From positions 1-64,000 of the forward strand of contig JAMDHS010000030.1 of the NCBI GenBank assembly GCA_029717555.1: a stretch of DNA of 64,000 bases, in the 5' to 3' direction. Every line of letters begins with the position of its first letter. The stretch's first letter is position 1. Shown piece by piece: positions 12,745 through 25,568 of this stretch. The translations under genes and the position numbers were made by a program. The DNA comes from Peribolospora baueri. Taxonomy: Eukaryota. The notes beneath the pieces were generated by a model that saw only the letters and a list, made by a program, of their open reading frames with translations, was not told the origin of the DNA and searched no databases.

Positions 12745-14530
12745 CATGGATTTCGTACAACCCCAGGCCGAGTTAAATTGTGCGGTCGCTCATCTGGCCT
12801 CTCCAAGTTTTACCTCTTCAGGACTACTTTCCCTTCCATTTCGCACCTTCGGTGTCCTTTATTTGAGGATGTACTTGCCTGTCCGGTTTACGCATTTACA
12901 TTTAAAGCCCCGTTCTCGAGCCTTTCCTGCAGGTCTTTGCAGCATTCGCAAGAGTCTTCCTGTCGGCGACGCGTTCAGCGCGCAGACGCTCCTTTGGCCT
13001 GTGGCCGGGCACCTGCAGTACGACCGGATCACCAAGATCATCTGTGAGACCAAGGCCAATGGCACAAGGCTTGTCCTTTAGGTTGTCCAGGAGGTCGGGA
13101 GCTGTGTAAGCCATAGTCCTGCTTAGTGCTCTGCCCTTCAGATCGATCCAAGGTTATATAATACACTTGCCAGTCTCCGTGTCCTTCCACACATCCGTCT
13201 ACGTCTCTCTCGCCGTTTCAGGGCTAGTACATTCCCCTCACCGCCCTCGCAGCTGACGGGAAGGATTTACTCGGTGCTACCGAGGTCTTTGAACGAGTGG
13301 TCACCGGCGCCGGCTTTGAGACGGACGAAGTGGGGCTCCAGCTGGCGAATGACTCTGAAGACGGCCTGTACGGCCAGTCTGACTGTTGCGTAACCTCCAC
13401 AGGGACTCCTTGGGTCATCGTGGCTCAGCCAGATGGAACAACATAACAACAAGAGCATGAGGCGCTCACGCCTCGTGCCTCGCTGAAAAGCATGGGAATT
13501 TCTCCGAGCCTTCACTCTTAGAAACGACTTTCAAGCGCGGCATCAATTTTGCCAAAGGCTTCGAAGCGTGCCTTTCCTTTTTTTTCTGTGCAATACCGAG
13601 CCTGCTTCCTGGCCGGACCGAACGTGGTCAAGGTGACCGAACGCTCTCTCCCCTCCCCTTCACACCTCTCTCTTTCCATGCAATCCAACGCGGTATGGAG
13701 GGCGCCAACTGCACCTCGCCCGCCAGGTTCCTCCAACCTACCCTTCGACGAATGGGAGCAGAGCTGCACAGGAGGGAAGATGGGACTCAAGAAGCTCTAA
13801 GAGTGGCTGCAGACGAAAAAAACTTAGCTTAAACGCTTCCTCCAACTCTAGTTGTTTGCCAGCCCGTCTGGCGGGCCGACATGGTTGCCACCCAGCCGCA
13901 ACGCCGCTTGGACAATGTCCCTACGTGAAGTTGAGGAAATCGTGAAATAGAACGTTGCCAAGCGCGACTCTCGTGCGCTGCCGCCATAAGACAGGGCCAG
14001 CGGGGGAATCCTTCGTTCCCTGCCTCTTCGATGAGATCGATGAGAACGTAAATGGGCCGATGTGGCTACTGAGGCCGGGACTGGCATTTCCGAGCGTCTA
14101 TGCCGTCGAGACGGGAAGGAAAGACGGACGGACGGAGTGGATGCGCGCGTTCTCCTCCACGCGTTGATCGAAGCCGACACGTCCATCTTCGGAAAGGCAA
14201 CAGCTCTTATCCGTCTGACCACAGAGAGAGAGACGACGATCGCTGGCGTTGCCAAGTACAAGTCATCGTGTCCAAACCTCTGCTAGGACGAACCGATCTC
14301 GTTGCTTTCGCCATCTAGATCGATTCTCCAGTGTCTTCTCCGTCAGAATAGATACAGTGCCGGACCATGCCATCATGAAACCCTCTCCGTCTGCCAGACG
14401 CTGCTGGTCGCATACCCTGTCGGCGCGATCGGATTCGTCTACGGAGAATTGAGCCAAGAGCGGGCGCAGCGCGCACGATGGACGACATGGCCAAGGCCGA
14501 GGGCAAGCAGGGGAGAACACGGCTCTTCAG
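12745..14530 (+). pseudogene. Stop-riddled coding-like relic of uncertain family (possibly element-borne)
   Basis: One frame from ~13222 to ~14535 reads protein-like with about 11 in-frame stops. It lies directly beside the retrotransposon relics. Confidence 0.3.
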
Positions 14531-15743
14531 GTTAGGATTCCGGACTGAGACTGGCTCCTTTACCGCGAAGGGAGGCCGCGCTCATGCTCTGACTCACCGA
14601 TTGTCCTCTGGGGGAACCGGTCAATCTCTCGTCTCGGACCATCATCATCTTCTCCCAGTGGTCGAGGTTGTAACGAGGTGGCTGGGCGGCGACAAGGAGA
14701 AATGGGGGATGAGAAATGAAGCCGTTGCGATGGGGTACGCATAAAAAGGCGCCCGTCAGAATACGTGCATGGAATGCAAAAGCTCCTCAGCCGTACCGCC
14801 CTTCCGGCGCGAGCATAAGGACTTAGGACGGGCAACGAAGCGGGCACGTGTAACGCGACGTCAAGTACCACGCACCTTTCCGTCATTGGTGAGGCGCTTG
14901 GCAGTGTTGAAGAGGGTGCCCGTCACGGCGAACATGCCGACCAACAGGCCTGGTGCACGCAGGGGTCGTTACACGTCCAGAGAGAAATGTACGTGGAGGA
15001 GAGCGAGGTCGTCAGCGGCCAGAGATCCACGCTGGTCCCTTCGTTCCACCCTTCTTCTTTTCCTAAAAGAAAGCGCGAGGTGCCACTTACCGCAAGGAAT
15101 AAGAGCCTCCCAAGGAACTGGCATCTCTGAGGGTAGTTGACCAAATCGATGTGGAAGCGTTTCGTTAGAGTCGCTGTTCCGATAGCGAACGAGCCGCCGT
15201 CGGCCCTGGGACGCCCGTGGGAAGAAATTGCTGCGGCATCAGCACTCCCACACGAACGCCTTTGAGAGGCGGCGCGCGACAGGCCACCGATCCTGGAGAG
15301 GTAGTTGAGGAGGGAATCGCCGTGGGGCTGATAGACTGAGTATGGTTCGGGCAGAGTAGGAGACTGCTGAGAAAAACTGTCAGAAAGGCCCGATGGCGGC
15401 GAGTAGAGCAAAAAGGAGGAGGAGGAGGAGGAGGAGGAGGAAGAAAAATCTGACGGCGGCGCAGTCCGTGAGGGTGACAAGGAGAAGGCACTCGAGACGG
15501 GCGATCCTACACCTCTCCTCGAGATACGTTTTCATTCAGTCATCGCCCGGAAAAAAGAGAGCAAGGTCCAAAACGTAGATTGCGTACGAGTTGATGTAAG
15601 GGAGAGGAGATGTAAGAGCGACTCTGTACATACAGGACGCCAAAATCTAGCATAGAAGGGCACCAGTTCGAAAAAGGCGAGACCTTGAGAGAAGAGAACG
15701 GCATGAAAGCCACCTCATCTCACACCCCACCCATTCCGTCCCA

Positions 15744-17412
15744 TCACGGTTCGAAATCGAGTAACAGGTTGTCGATTAATCGAGTCCTCCTCCCACCCTC
15801 CTTGCCCTCTTCCGGAGCAGGGCTCGTCTCGTTCGTGACGAAGGTCGCTCCACTCAGCACGGCGCCCTCGCGCAGGTCGGCGTCGGATCGGAGCTCGTCG
15901 AGCGTGAAAGGGTCGTTGAGGTTGATATAGTCCAGTTCCAACTGTACTCCTTCTGCTCCCTGACGAGCCAGGCGGGCCGACTCTGCTTGGATGAATGCTC
16001 TGGCCACTTCCAGCGTCCTTCGCACCTTGTCCTTTCCCGCCGCCGCGCTCTCCTTCCATGCAATTTCTCCTTCCAACAACGCCTTCCTCAGCACGGGCGC
16101 AGCCACCCTCCTAGCCTTCGAGGAAAGATAGGCATTCCTGGAGGACAAGGCGAGCCCATCCGAGGGCTCACGAGTGGTGGGACATATGTGCAGGTGAGAT
16201 GGGGAGGGCGGATAGGGGAGGAAGAGATCGGAGAGCAGGCGCCGGAGGAGGAGCGCCTGTTGGATGTCTTTGGCACCGAAGTAGGCGTTTGTGGGCTGTC
16301 GAAAGTGTAGACAAAGGCATGCGATGAGAGGCGAGCTCGGTTTGCTTTGGTCCAACAAGAATGCGCAGTGCAGGCAAACGGGCGCACCGGCGTTCCATGG
16401 TCCAGGAGGACCTTTGCTCACTCACCATGACGATGTTCAACAACTTGGTAACGACCGTCGCGACTCCACGAAAGAAATGCGGCCTGGTTCCGCCCTCCAT
16501 TTGCTCTTGCATGCCCTTGACCTCCACGAACGCTCCCTTCTGTTCGCTCACCACCTGGCTCAGGCTGGAGGGGTAGAGGACGGGTACGGTGGGGAGGAAA
16601 ACTGCGCTGGTCGATCGGGGGGTTGAGGAAGAAGGGAGGACGGAGAGAGCCTCGAGAGCGTGCAAGTCCGTCTCAAGGGTCCGTGGATAAGAAGCGAGGT
16701 CCTCGTGCGGTGCGAATTGTGCTGGATTGACGAAGATGGAGACGACGGTGTGGTCGTTTTCGGTCAGAGAGCGACGGACTTCGACGACGATATGATAAAA
16801 GCATGGAATAGAGTGGAGGGGAAGGATCAGGGGCAAAGATTAGCTGGCCAACTCTTCAGTTTTTTTATTCGAACAGACGTTGATCTAATCGTGCCATTCG
16901 ATCCAGCGACCTAAATCGAGCAATAGCTCACCCAAATCCAGATGTCCCTGGTGCAGCGCACCCATGGTGGGCACAAACCCTACGCTCTCCCCCTTGTCCA
17001 AAACCGCCCTGCGCCATCGGCGCACGTCGTCCACGGTTTGAAAGATGGGGATGCGAGACGGGGGCAGTTGCGGCGCTTGGGACCGACTTTGGGGTTGTGC
17101 TCGTGCATGGACCGTCCTCGCCCCTGGCGACGTTGAGGACCGAGGAGGACGAGAAGCGCTTCTCGAGATGGACGCAGGAGCGGATAACCGAAACGGTCGA
17201 GATGGAGAGGAAAATGTCCGCAAAGAGGTGAGAGGCGTCGGCATTGCGGATGTTGGAGCTGCTGCTGACACCCACGCCGACCCCGCGTGTCTCGACGGTA
17301 GGGCGAGAGAGGCGCGAGAAAGAAATGATGAGCACGAGCAAGCGGCGGTGAACGCCGTGCTGAGCCGGAGTCGTCGAAGGAGAAAGAGGGCCGCGCCCGA
17401 TTTGCTCGTCAT
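15744..17412 (-). CDS. PAN6: Pantoate--beta-alanine ligase with a mitochondrial-presequence-like N-terminus
   Basis: GFVPTMGALHQGH, SIFVNPAQF, RPHFFRGVATVVTKL, YFGAKDIQQ, DGLALSSRN, TRLIDN. Two introns. Confidence 0.95.
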
Positions 17413-18173
17413 CGTCTCGCCCTCTTGAACACCTCTGAGTTTTACTTTTCAATATAGACAGCCGCCCGGAAATTTCAGGGCGCCACGCTACGTAAACGCG
17501 GGCTGTGAGCTCGGAGACGGTGAGAAGAAGGGCCTGCTGCGAGGAAAATGATGAAAAGTTGCTGTGCTTCTTGTCGGCGACGAGACTAGTCACCACCGGA
17601 AAGAGCAAGGGCCTGGACGGGAGCTGCGCACGTGACCGACCCTCTGTGGGATTCTGTCTACTGGTCCGGTCATCTCCGCTTGTGTCCGCCTCCCGTTCTG
17701 GAGGGACGCTAGAACACTCCTTACTCCGTTAGTTCTCGGACCCTTGCGCCCTTTCTGTCACGAGGAGGATGGGTCGGACGGCACTTATCTGAAGTCACGC
17801 GCTCATCGCTCCTCCGCGGAGTGACGGATAGTCCGCCTGCGCCATTGGAAGACGAGGCCGACGGCAGCAAAACGCCGTCAAGGTGCCGCTGGCTTCCTTT
17901 TTTTTCCCTTCACATCTGCGCCGGCCGTCCCAGAGGAGCGTCCGCCGTCATCGCTCAAGGTATAAATGACAGCCGACGCCGGCAGCAGCAAACTCATCCT
18001 CTCCTCCACGTTCTCTCCTCTCATTTTTTTCCCTTAACCCTCTCTCTTCTGTTTCTCTGCTTGCTGTTCAGCCGCCGGTCGGTTGCAATAATCCCACAGC
18101 TCTCTCTTCTTCCTTCGCTCGCGCCGCTCGACCTTTATATTTTACATTTCACTTCCTCGTCAAGCAGACCGTT

Positions 18174-18730
18174 ATGTTCTTCAACTACAAGCAGGTCTTG
18201 GCCGCCGTCGTAGCCGCTTCGGTTGCTTCTTGCGCCGTCGCTCTCCCCGTTCCTGCGTCTAGTGACAACGTGAGCGTCGAATCGAGTCGGCACGCGCTTG
18301 CTGGCTCGCTCGCTCAACGCACGCCTTGCATTTGTTTCCTCCCTCTCCTCTGACCCATACCCACCCACTCCCGGCGGCCGTCCATCCAAAGGCCCTCGAG
18401 GCACGAAAGGTGGACCCGGACAAGCCCCCGAGAGTTAGCGACTGGGGCAGTGAATATGACGAGTGGAGGACGGCCCCTCGGCCCGCCGTGGTGAGTGGTC
18501 GAGCAACCCAAGTCTTCGTCCGAGTGCTTCTCTCTCCGTCCCCTCGCCGTGCAACTCGCCCGAAACTCATCTGTCGTCCCGCTCCATCTTCCTTCCCCCT
18601 TCCTCGTCCCATTCTCTATTAGCCCGGCGGCCCACCCCCACCTCCGATCTTGGTCACCCCGCCTACTCGGCCCAATTCGCCGCCTGTTAACCCCCCGCCG
18701 CCGCCGCCGCCTAGGCCAGCGGGCAATTAA
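18174..18730 (+). CDS. Small secreted proline-rich protein (100 aa; exons 18174-18269, 18392-18490, 18623-18730)
   Basis: MFFNYKQVLAAVVAASVASCAVALPVPASSDN|ALEARKVDPDKPPRVSDWGSEYDEWRTAPRPAV|PGGPPPPPILVTPPTRPNSPPVNPPPPPPPRPAGN*. Signal-peptide-like N-terminus, GTGAGC and GTGAGT donors, both introns phase 0, TATAAA at ~17961. Confidence 0.8.
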
Positions 18731-18940
18731 GGGGGTAGGATGAACGCGAGATCGAGATGCCGACCTAGGGTTCCCCAGACAGACGGACGGACGGCAGTGG
18801 AGACGGAGAACGTTGACGCCGCTTTGCTTTGCTTGACTGAGAATACACATACGTTGGCGGCGCTTTCGATGGCGGGCGGGACCCCCCAGACAGACAGACG
18901 AGAGACGGACAAAACAAACAGACAGGCCGTCGTCGATATA

Positions 18941-19746
18941 CAGTCAACCCTGTATATAAGCATACAAGATGTCTTGCCCGAGGGCTATGGAGTACGCGAG
19001 AGGGTGACTATACAGAGGAGTTTATCATACGTCAAACTTGTCTATAAGCATACAAGTTGCATAACCCGAGGGCTATGTGGGAGGGTGACTCTACAGGGCG
19101 GGGTCTATGCAAAGTTGCCGCAGTCGTTGGCCCAGTCGATAGCGTCCATCAACACATTGAATTCCAAGCTTTACTATAGAGTATGTACACGTCATAACCA
19201 TGTTCAAGAAGAAGCGTGTGCAGAAAAGAATTGTCGAAGATCGGTTTGTTTACGCTGCTCGTTGAGCATGTTCTTTGAAAGAGATGGTGAAACGCGGATA
19301 AGCACCCACTTGTAGTAATGTTAGAACTGACGGTGGATGGACGAAAGTGTATGTTACTGGTTCGTCATTGTTAAGAGAGCATACAAAGAGGAAAACCACA
19401 GAGGTAGAGGAAGACGGGCAGAACTAGGCCGCAGTAACACAGTCGCCCAACATAGTTATGTCCCCTTTCAGCCGCGTAACCACGGTGCTCGTCGCCGCCA
19501 ATCTCCAACATCACGAGGATGCACGTGACCCTCAACCCTAACTATGCATGACGACGGGGCATAACTGGTAGGGACGGGTACCGGTGCCAGTGCTATGCGA
19601 TATGCGGTATGTTAGTATGCATATAGACCGGTATTTTGGCTGGGAGCAGTCCATTTTTGGCTGGGGAACAAGCGGGAAAGGGAGACCGCTATGCACTATG
19701 CGAAGGTGTGCTTATGGACCCATATGCTAAAAGACAGGGTTGACTG
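18941..19746. mobile_element. Non-autonomous Tc1/mariner(pogo)-type MITE, 806 bp
   Basis: TIRs CAGTCAACCCTGT(ATATAAGCATA) and (TATGCTAAAAG)ACAGGGTTGACTG: first 13 bp perfect, 21/24 overall. Flanked by TA on both sides (18939-40, 19747-48). AT-richer interior with no recognisable transposase. Confidence 0.85.
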
Positions 19747-20499
19747 TATAGGCGTTTCGTCGGACGAGAAAAATATCAAGAAACCGATCGTCGGAGGAAA
19801 AAAAAAAAAGACGTTCCTCGACGGTTAGGCGCACAGCGTCCCAATGAACGAAGAGGGGGAAGACAAAGGACCCGCACGGAAAGGGGCGAGGTGAACGGCG
19901 GTACGGTGCCCCGCCCGCCGCCCTTCGAGCGAGCCGACGGAGGGAGGACAGAAATACGAACGGTTTGTGGGACGGACGATTCCACGACTAGCTAGCTACG
20001 GCTACGCGAACCGAAATCGGGAACGAGAACGAGAACGGGAGACCAGAGAGGCGAGACGAGACCGACGACAAGGAAAGGAAGGAGAACGACAAAAACCGAG
20101 CCGGGATACCGAGAAAGAAGCAGCAGCAGCAAAAGGTCGCGCACACCGGCCGGTCAGTAGTTAGGTAGGGTACACCGCACGAATCGAATCCGAACGAAAA
20201 AAAAAAAAAAGAGCGAATGGGACGAGATCTTGCGTCAGGGCAGCGGACACCGCGTCCCCAACCGAAACCTCGGGTCGGTCCGGTTGGCGCCGATGGCCAC
20301 TAGGTTACGCAGGTATAGAGGTTCGTCGACGGTACGACCGGCCCAGTCAGGTCGGCCGCGTCAGGGTCGCGGCAGCGGCGGGGAAGGAGAAGCGAGGGGG
20401 CACAGGTGAAATAGCGAGGAGCGGAAATCGAAAAAATGGTGACCGGCGGCGGTTCAACAGGTCGCGACTGCGTCGTGCGGACGGAGCACTGGCGTCGGC

Positions 20500-22830
20500 T
20501 CAATGGGCCTGCCCTCCGACAGTCGAGTAGCCGGCCTCATTGTACCCCACGACATCGTCCTCGTTCAGCGAGCTGCTCATCCCGCTGCCCTGGCTCGGAT
20601 GGCTTTCGTGGTGGACCATCATGCCCTCGTGGCCCATCGTGCTCAGGTTGTTGGCGTTGTGGGAATACGCAGACGGCGCAGAAGAGACGGCGGACATCAT
20701 GGACACGCGGAAAGGATTGTTCGAACCAGGTTGCTCTCCCGGATGGTTGGGCGATAGGTTGCCCGTCATGGTGGGAGTCAAACCACCAGCCATGGTCGGG
20801 CTGGTTATGGTGCTAGCGGTGAACGGAGACGACGGGAACGCGCTTGCCACGCTGGGCGTCGTCGTGACGGGTCCGGAGGGGTTGTAGAGCGTGCGCATCG
20901 TGTTCGATCCAGGCGCCCCGGGGCCCGTATTCTGCCTGCTCGCCAAGGCGTACTGGCGAAGCGCGTCGTCCGGGCTCAGAGCCACGGCCGGGTTCGGCGG
21001 CGGGCTGGCGACCTGCTGAGGAGCGATGTAGTGGCTGTGCGAGATGTAGTCGTTCGCCGCCGTCGCCGCCGCCGCCGCCTGCGGCGCCAGGCCACCGGGG
21101 CCGAACATGTTCTCCGGAGTCTCATTGCCCGCCCTAATCATGCTGATCGCCGGCATCTGGAGCACGCTCGCGCGGAACTCTTCACTGGTCCGGTACAAGC
21201 CGGCGCCGACGGCGACCGAGGACGAGGCAGGGGCGCGAGACATGGCCGTCGGGCTCGGGCTCGTGCCGAGCATGTCGATCGAGTCCCTCATCTTGTCGAT
21301 GTCACCGTTGGCCAGTGGTGCCGGGCCGTCAGTCTGGGTGGGGCTCATGATCAGCTCCGAGTCCTCCGGGTTAATGCCGCTACCGCCCTTCATGGCCTCT
21401 GCGGGAAGCTTCGGCACGGGGGGAGCGTCGATGGCCGAGTACGAGCTGTTGCGCTGGGCCATCATCGAGTTCGTTTGTCCGACCCGAGGGATGGTCAGAC
21501 TCGTGCCGCGGCTGTGAGGTCCGTCCGGACCAGCGAAGGAGATGCGGCTGACACGGTCGCCGGTCGTGGAGGGAGCGAAGGAGATGCGGCTGGAGCGCTG
21601 GTTGCCGATGGCGTACTGGTCGTAGAGAACGGACTGCTCGCGTTCGCGCATCTCGCCACCGTAGACGCCGCCGTACGGGTCCTCCTCCTCCTCCTGCTCG
21701 CCACCGAGACCGCGGACGCCGCGGCCGGCGACGTTGTCAGCGCCTGCGTCGTACGTCGTCTCCGGTCGCTCGCCGGGGATGCTGGAAACGGGGCGCGGGA
21801 AGAAGCTCTCGGGGCGGCTGCCGGCGCTGAGACCGGGAGAGCGCCAGTCGGAGGAGATGGTGGACATGCGCCGGTCGACGTGGGCCGACCAGCGGCGTCG
21901 GTCCTCGTCTGTCTTCTTGCGCTGTTTGCGCACGTACCACACGGTGACGGCAATGCCGATGATGGCCAGGATGGGCATGATCACGGCGGCGGCGATGCTG
22001 CCACCAGGGAGACTGTGGACAGCCGCAGCGACCTTTTGGACGATGGAGGACGTCTCGTCTCCGATGTAGGCGAGCGGGTCCGAGGTTATGTTGGCGGGTC
22101 GGGTGTAGGTGGCCATGAAGATAGGACCGGCGGGGTTGGTGGTGTCCCACACCTCGTTGCCGTGAGGGATGACCTGGAGCTGGAGGTTGATGTCGCCGGT
22201 CGAATTCCACCACTTGGGCTCGAGCTGGGTGGCGTACGAGCCCGGTCCGCTACTGACGCCCTGCCAGACGTGGATGGGAAGCGCGCGACCGCCATCATAA
22301 GGAGCGTAGAGGTAGATGTCGATGGAGTTGGTGCCGGGGAGCAAGCAGTCCTGGTTCCACTGGAACGTCGTCTGCTGCTCGGCGGGAATGGAGGCGCCAG
22401 CGGTTGGCTGAACGTAGAGAGCGCCGTTCGTTTCGCAAGCCTGCAAAGAGACTGGAGAAGGGGAGGGTGGAGAGGCACCATAATGACGTTCAGTGAGTGG
22501 GATCGATGCCACGGACTGGTCCTATCTATCCTGTCGGCCTGAGTGCCCGACCGTCCCGACCTCCCGGTACCCAGGTGAACCTCGCCGCCCGCCCGCGTCG
22601 CTGTCGTTCGTCCTTCGTCCCCTTGCGCGGCCGCCGTCCCACCGTCCAGTCATCACGGCTGACTTTACCAACCAACTATCCAACCATTTCTCCTCGTCCC
22701 TGTCCGATTGCCTCGGCGCGCCCGACCGGACCCAACCTGTGAGAGGAGGGACAAACTCACCGGCCCTGGACGCCAGCGCCCTCTTGACCAGTTTGGCGTG
22801 ATCGCGTGCGTGGTGAGCCTGGTGACCCAT
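20500..22830 (-). CDS. Single-pass membrane protein (folded N-terminal domain, TM helix, long S/P-rich tail; cell-surface-sensor-like architecture)
   Basis: 670-codon ORF with TM GSIAAAVIMPILAIIGIAVTVWYV followed by RKQRKK. Upstream exon 22761-22830 (MGHQAHHARDHAKLVKRALASRA) joined by intron 22452-22760. Confidence 0.75.
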
Positions 22831-23730
22831 GACGGTTGGGGGGGGTGGGGGGTCGTCGGCGAAGGAGATAAAGAAGGTAAGAGGTGGGAAAGGAGGGGGG
22901 CGTGAAAGAGAGCGTGAAAGGGAGGGACGGTCGGGGGCGAATGGGAGAGGGAAGCGGAGGACGTCGTTGCCGGGGATGTCCTTCGAGGACGAGATGGAGA
23001 GAGGACGACGACCAGAGAGGGTGGGGGAAAGTAGGGGGATGGGGAGGAGGAAGGGATGGGATGGGATGGGATGGGCGATGGGAGGAACAGGGGAGGAGGG
23101 AAGGAGGAAGGGGGCGGTGGAGGGAGGAGAGAAAGGGCGACGACGGGGCGCTTGGGCGGAATACAAAATGGTAATCACCGCAAATGCTCAATACAAACAC
23201 GCGCTAATCCCATCTTCAGCGGCCCTTCAGCCAGCTGCCGTCCTCCGAACGTCTGGCGCGCCTCCAAGACAATTAGCAAGAACGCGCGTCGGCTTGTAAT
23301 GTGCCATTACAAGTGACATTACAAAATCGCCCGCACCCGCCCATTCCGCGAATCTGCCCCCGCCGTGCGTTTAGCGGATCGACGGCGTCGTCGGCTTGTC
23401 GGCCCGCTGGCGACGCACGGCACGATCCACCACCACGCACAACATTCACAGAACGGGGTGGAGGGGCGTGACACACAGACAGACACACAGACAGCCGACA
23501 ACACGCAGGTCGAATGCGAATGTGCAAATGTATATTCATCCCGTTGCAATGCCCTCCGATGGCTTTAATCGGACGCGGACACAGGCCGCACGAGCGCCTG
23601 TCGACGGACGCAGACGCGATGATCACAGCATGCCGAGGAGGGCAAGAAAAGAAAAGAGGAAGGAAGGAAGGAAGGAAGGAGAGAAGAGCAAATGAAGCAA
23701 AGAAGCGTCCAAACAGCGAAGCATGTGCCT

Positions 23731-25568
23731 TCACGCCGTCTGCTCTTCCACCTTCTTCGCCTGCTCGCCGCCCTCTACCGCCTCATCCCCCTTCCTCCCC
23801 TCGACATCACCGTCGTCGTCCAAAGCTTTTCCCTTGCCTCCGTACTCCTCCGGCAGCTCTTCTTCCGGGATGACCTCGAGGAGCGCCTTGCAAATCGCGT
23901 CCTTGGACTGGCCCACGACGGTGAACTTGTCTAGGGTCGCCTTGGAGAAGAAGGGCTTGAGGAAGGTGTAGATCCAGGAGAGGAAGCTGGCGGGTGGAGA
24001 AGAAGGAGGAGAGGGACAAATAGGCAAGAAAAAAATAAACGATCGACATCGGGCCTCGTTTTGATCCGCTCGGTACGCTATCGCGACCGAGCCATGTTCG
24101 GGAAGGGAAGAAGACTTACGTGGGCACGTTGATGAAGAACTTGCGCGAGAGCAGCTCGGGATAATAATCTTGGCTGTTCGCCGCAAGGGAGGGGAGATGG
24201 AAGGCCGGTGGAAAGAGAAGTCGGCAGGATGATGAGCAAGAAGCGAACTCGAACTCGTGCGACGAGCGAACGCCATTATGGACTGGCAGCAGCAAGGGCA
24301 AACAAACGCTCACAAGAGCTTCACCGCCTGCGAGCTGGCCTCCTTGCTATACTGGTCTCGGCTCGAGAGGCCCACGCCTGCGTGGTGAGGGGAAGAGTGA
24401 GGGGAGGAAAGGAAAGGGAAGGACAAATGGAAAGAGACGCCTGCTCTGACGGGCTCACCCGCATAGTCGTGCACCTGAACCATAGTGTCCACCGTCTCGA
24501 AATCGATCTGCTTGATACCCTTCTCCATCAGACCCACTCGCCACCTGTCCTCGAGTCGAACCGAGCGAAGCAGAAGGGCGACAGAGAGGGGCCGTCGACA
24601 GACATCCCATAGCACGGAACGTGAGTCTCCCATCCGAGCTACCACGCGCCCTGCCAAGCTGCAAAGGCGAAACCGCACCCCACTACCTCACCTTAAGAAC
24701 CTCTGAACGTCCCCGAACACCTCCTTGTTATCCTTCACCGATCCATACACGTTCCAAGTGATAGGCCTCCCCTCCTTATCCTTTCCTTTCAAGAAGCCGA
24801 GAGAGCCGAACGTCTCTGCAGGGAAGGACTCGGTGGTGGAAGGGGCGTCGAAGGTGGAGCGCCAGGAGAGCGTGGAGGCGAGCTGGGCGGCGGCCGCAGG
24901 AACGTCGAACGACCTGGGGTTTGGCGTTAGGCGGGAAGGAGGAGGGAAGACGATGACGGGAGGTATGGAGGGCGCGTCCAGTTGTTCACCTAGTTTCTCT
25001 CGACAGAACCACGGTCGGCCGCTCCCACTCGTCCCAGCAGATCAGCTCACCTAGCCTTGACGAACTTGTGAAGCACGACGCTGGCCTTGGCCGTCCAAGC
25101 CGTCTCCAAGACCTCGGCGCGCTCCGCTCCATTGCCCGGCACGGCGTTCGGGTCGAGCGCGACGCCCCAGAGCTCGACTGGCTTTTTGGACGCCGAGGGA
25201 TCGTCTGGGAAGGCTTGCTTTAGGACTTCTGGCAGTTTCGCCTGTGACGAGGAGCAGGGGCAGGTGACCGGGAACGATGGCGAGTCGGGGAGAGAAGAGC
25301 GAGAAAAACATAAAACGTATCCTTTGGATCGAACCATGAACGCAGGCTGGGACGAGGCCAACCCGCAAGCCGGTCAACAACTCACCCTGAGCTCTCGCAC
25401 CGCCTTCCACTCCTCCTCCGTCCACTTCTTCGTGATCTCGTTCTGTAGCTCCTCAAAACCGTCCTTGTCTGCGGCAGCGGCAGTTCGCGCAACGTCGTGG
25501 CTGGCGTGCTTTTCCTTTTGCCCGTCGCCGACGCGGGGTGGCTGTGAGGACTGGGTAGGATCGGACAT
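23731..25568 (-). CDS. SFH5: CRAL-TRIO phosphatidylinositol transfer protein
   Basis: ELWGVAL, LHKFVKAR, GRPITWNVYG, FLRWRVGLMEKG, QVHDYAGV, FQDYYPELLSRKFFINVP. Six GT-AG introns. Confidence 0.88.

Noticed and set aside
14923..15480. 185-aa minus-strand ORF containing a (TCC)n run
   Set aside because: No family resemblance and no supportable gene model.
21031..22542. 503-aa plus-strand ORF (and similar antisense ORFs such as 47665-48510 and 6786-7421)
   Set aside because: Shadow frames of GC3-rich real genes on the opposite strand.
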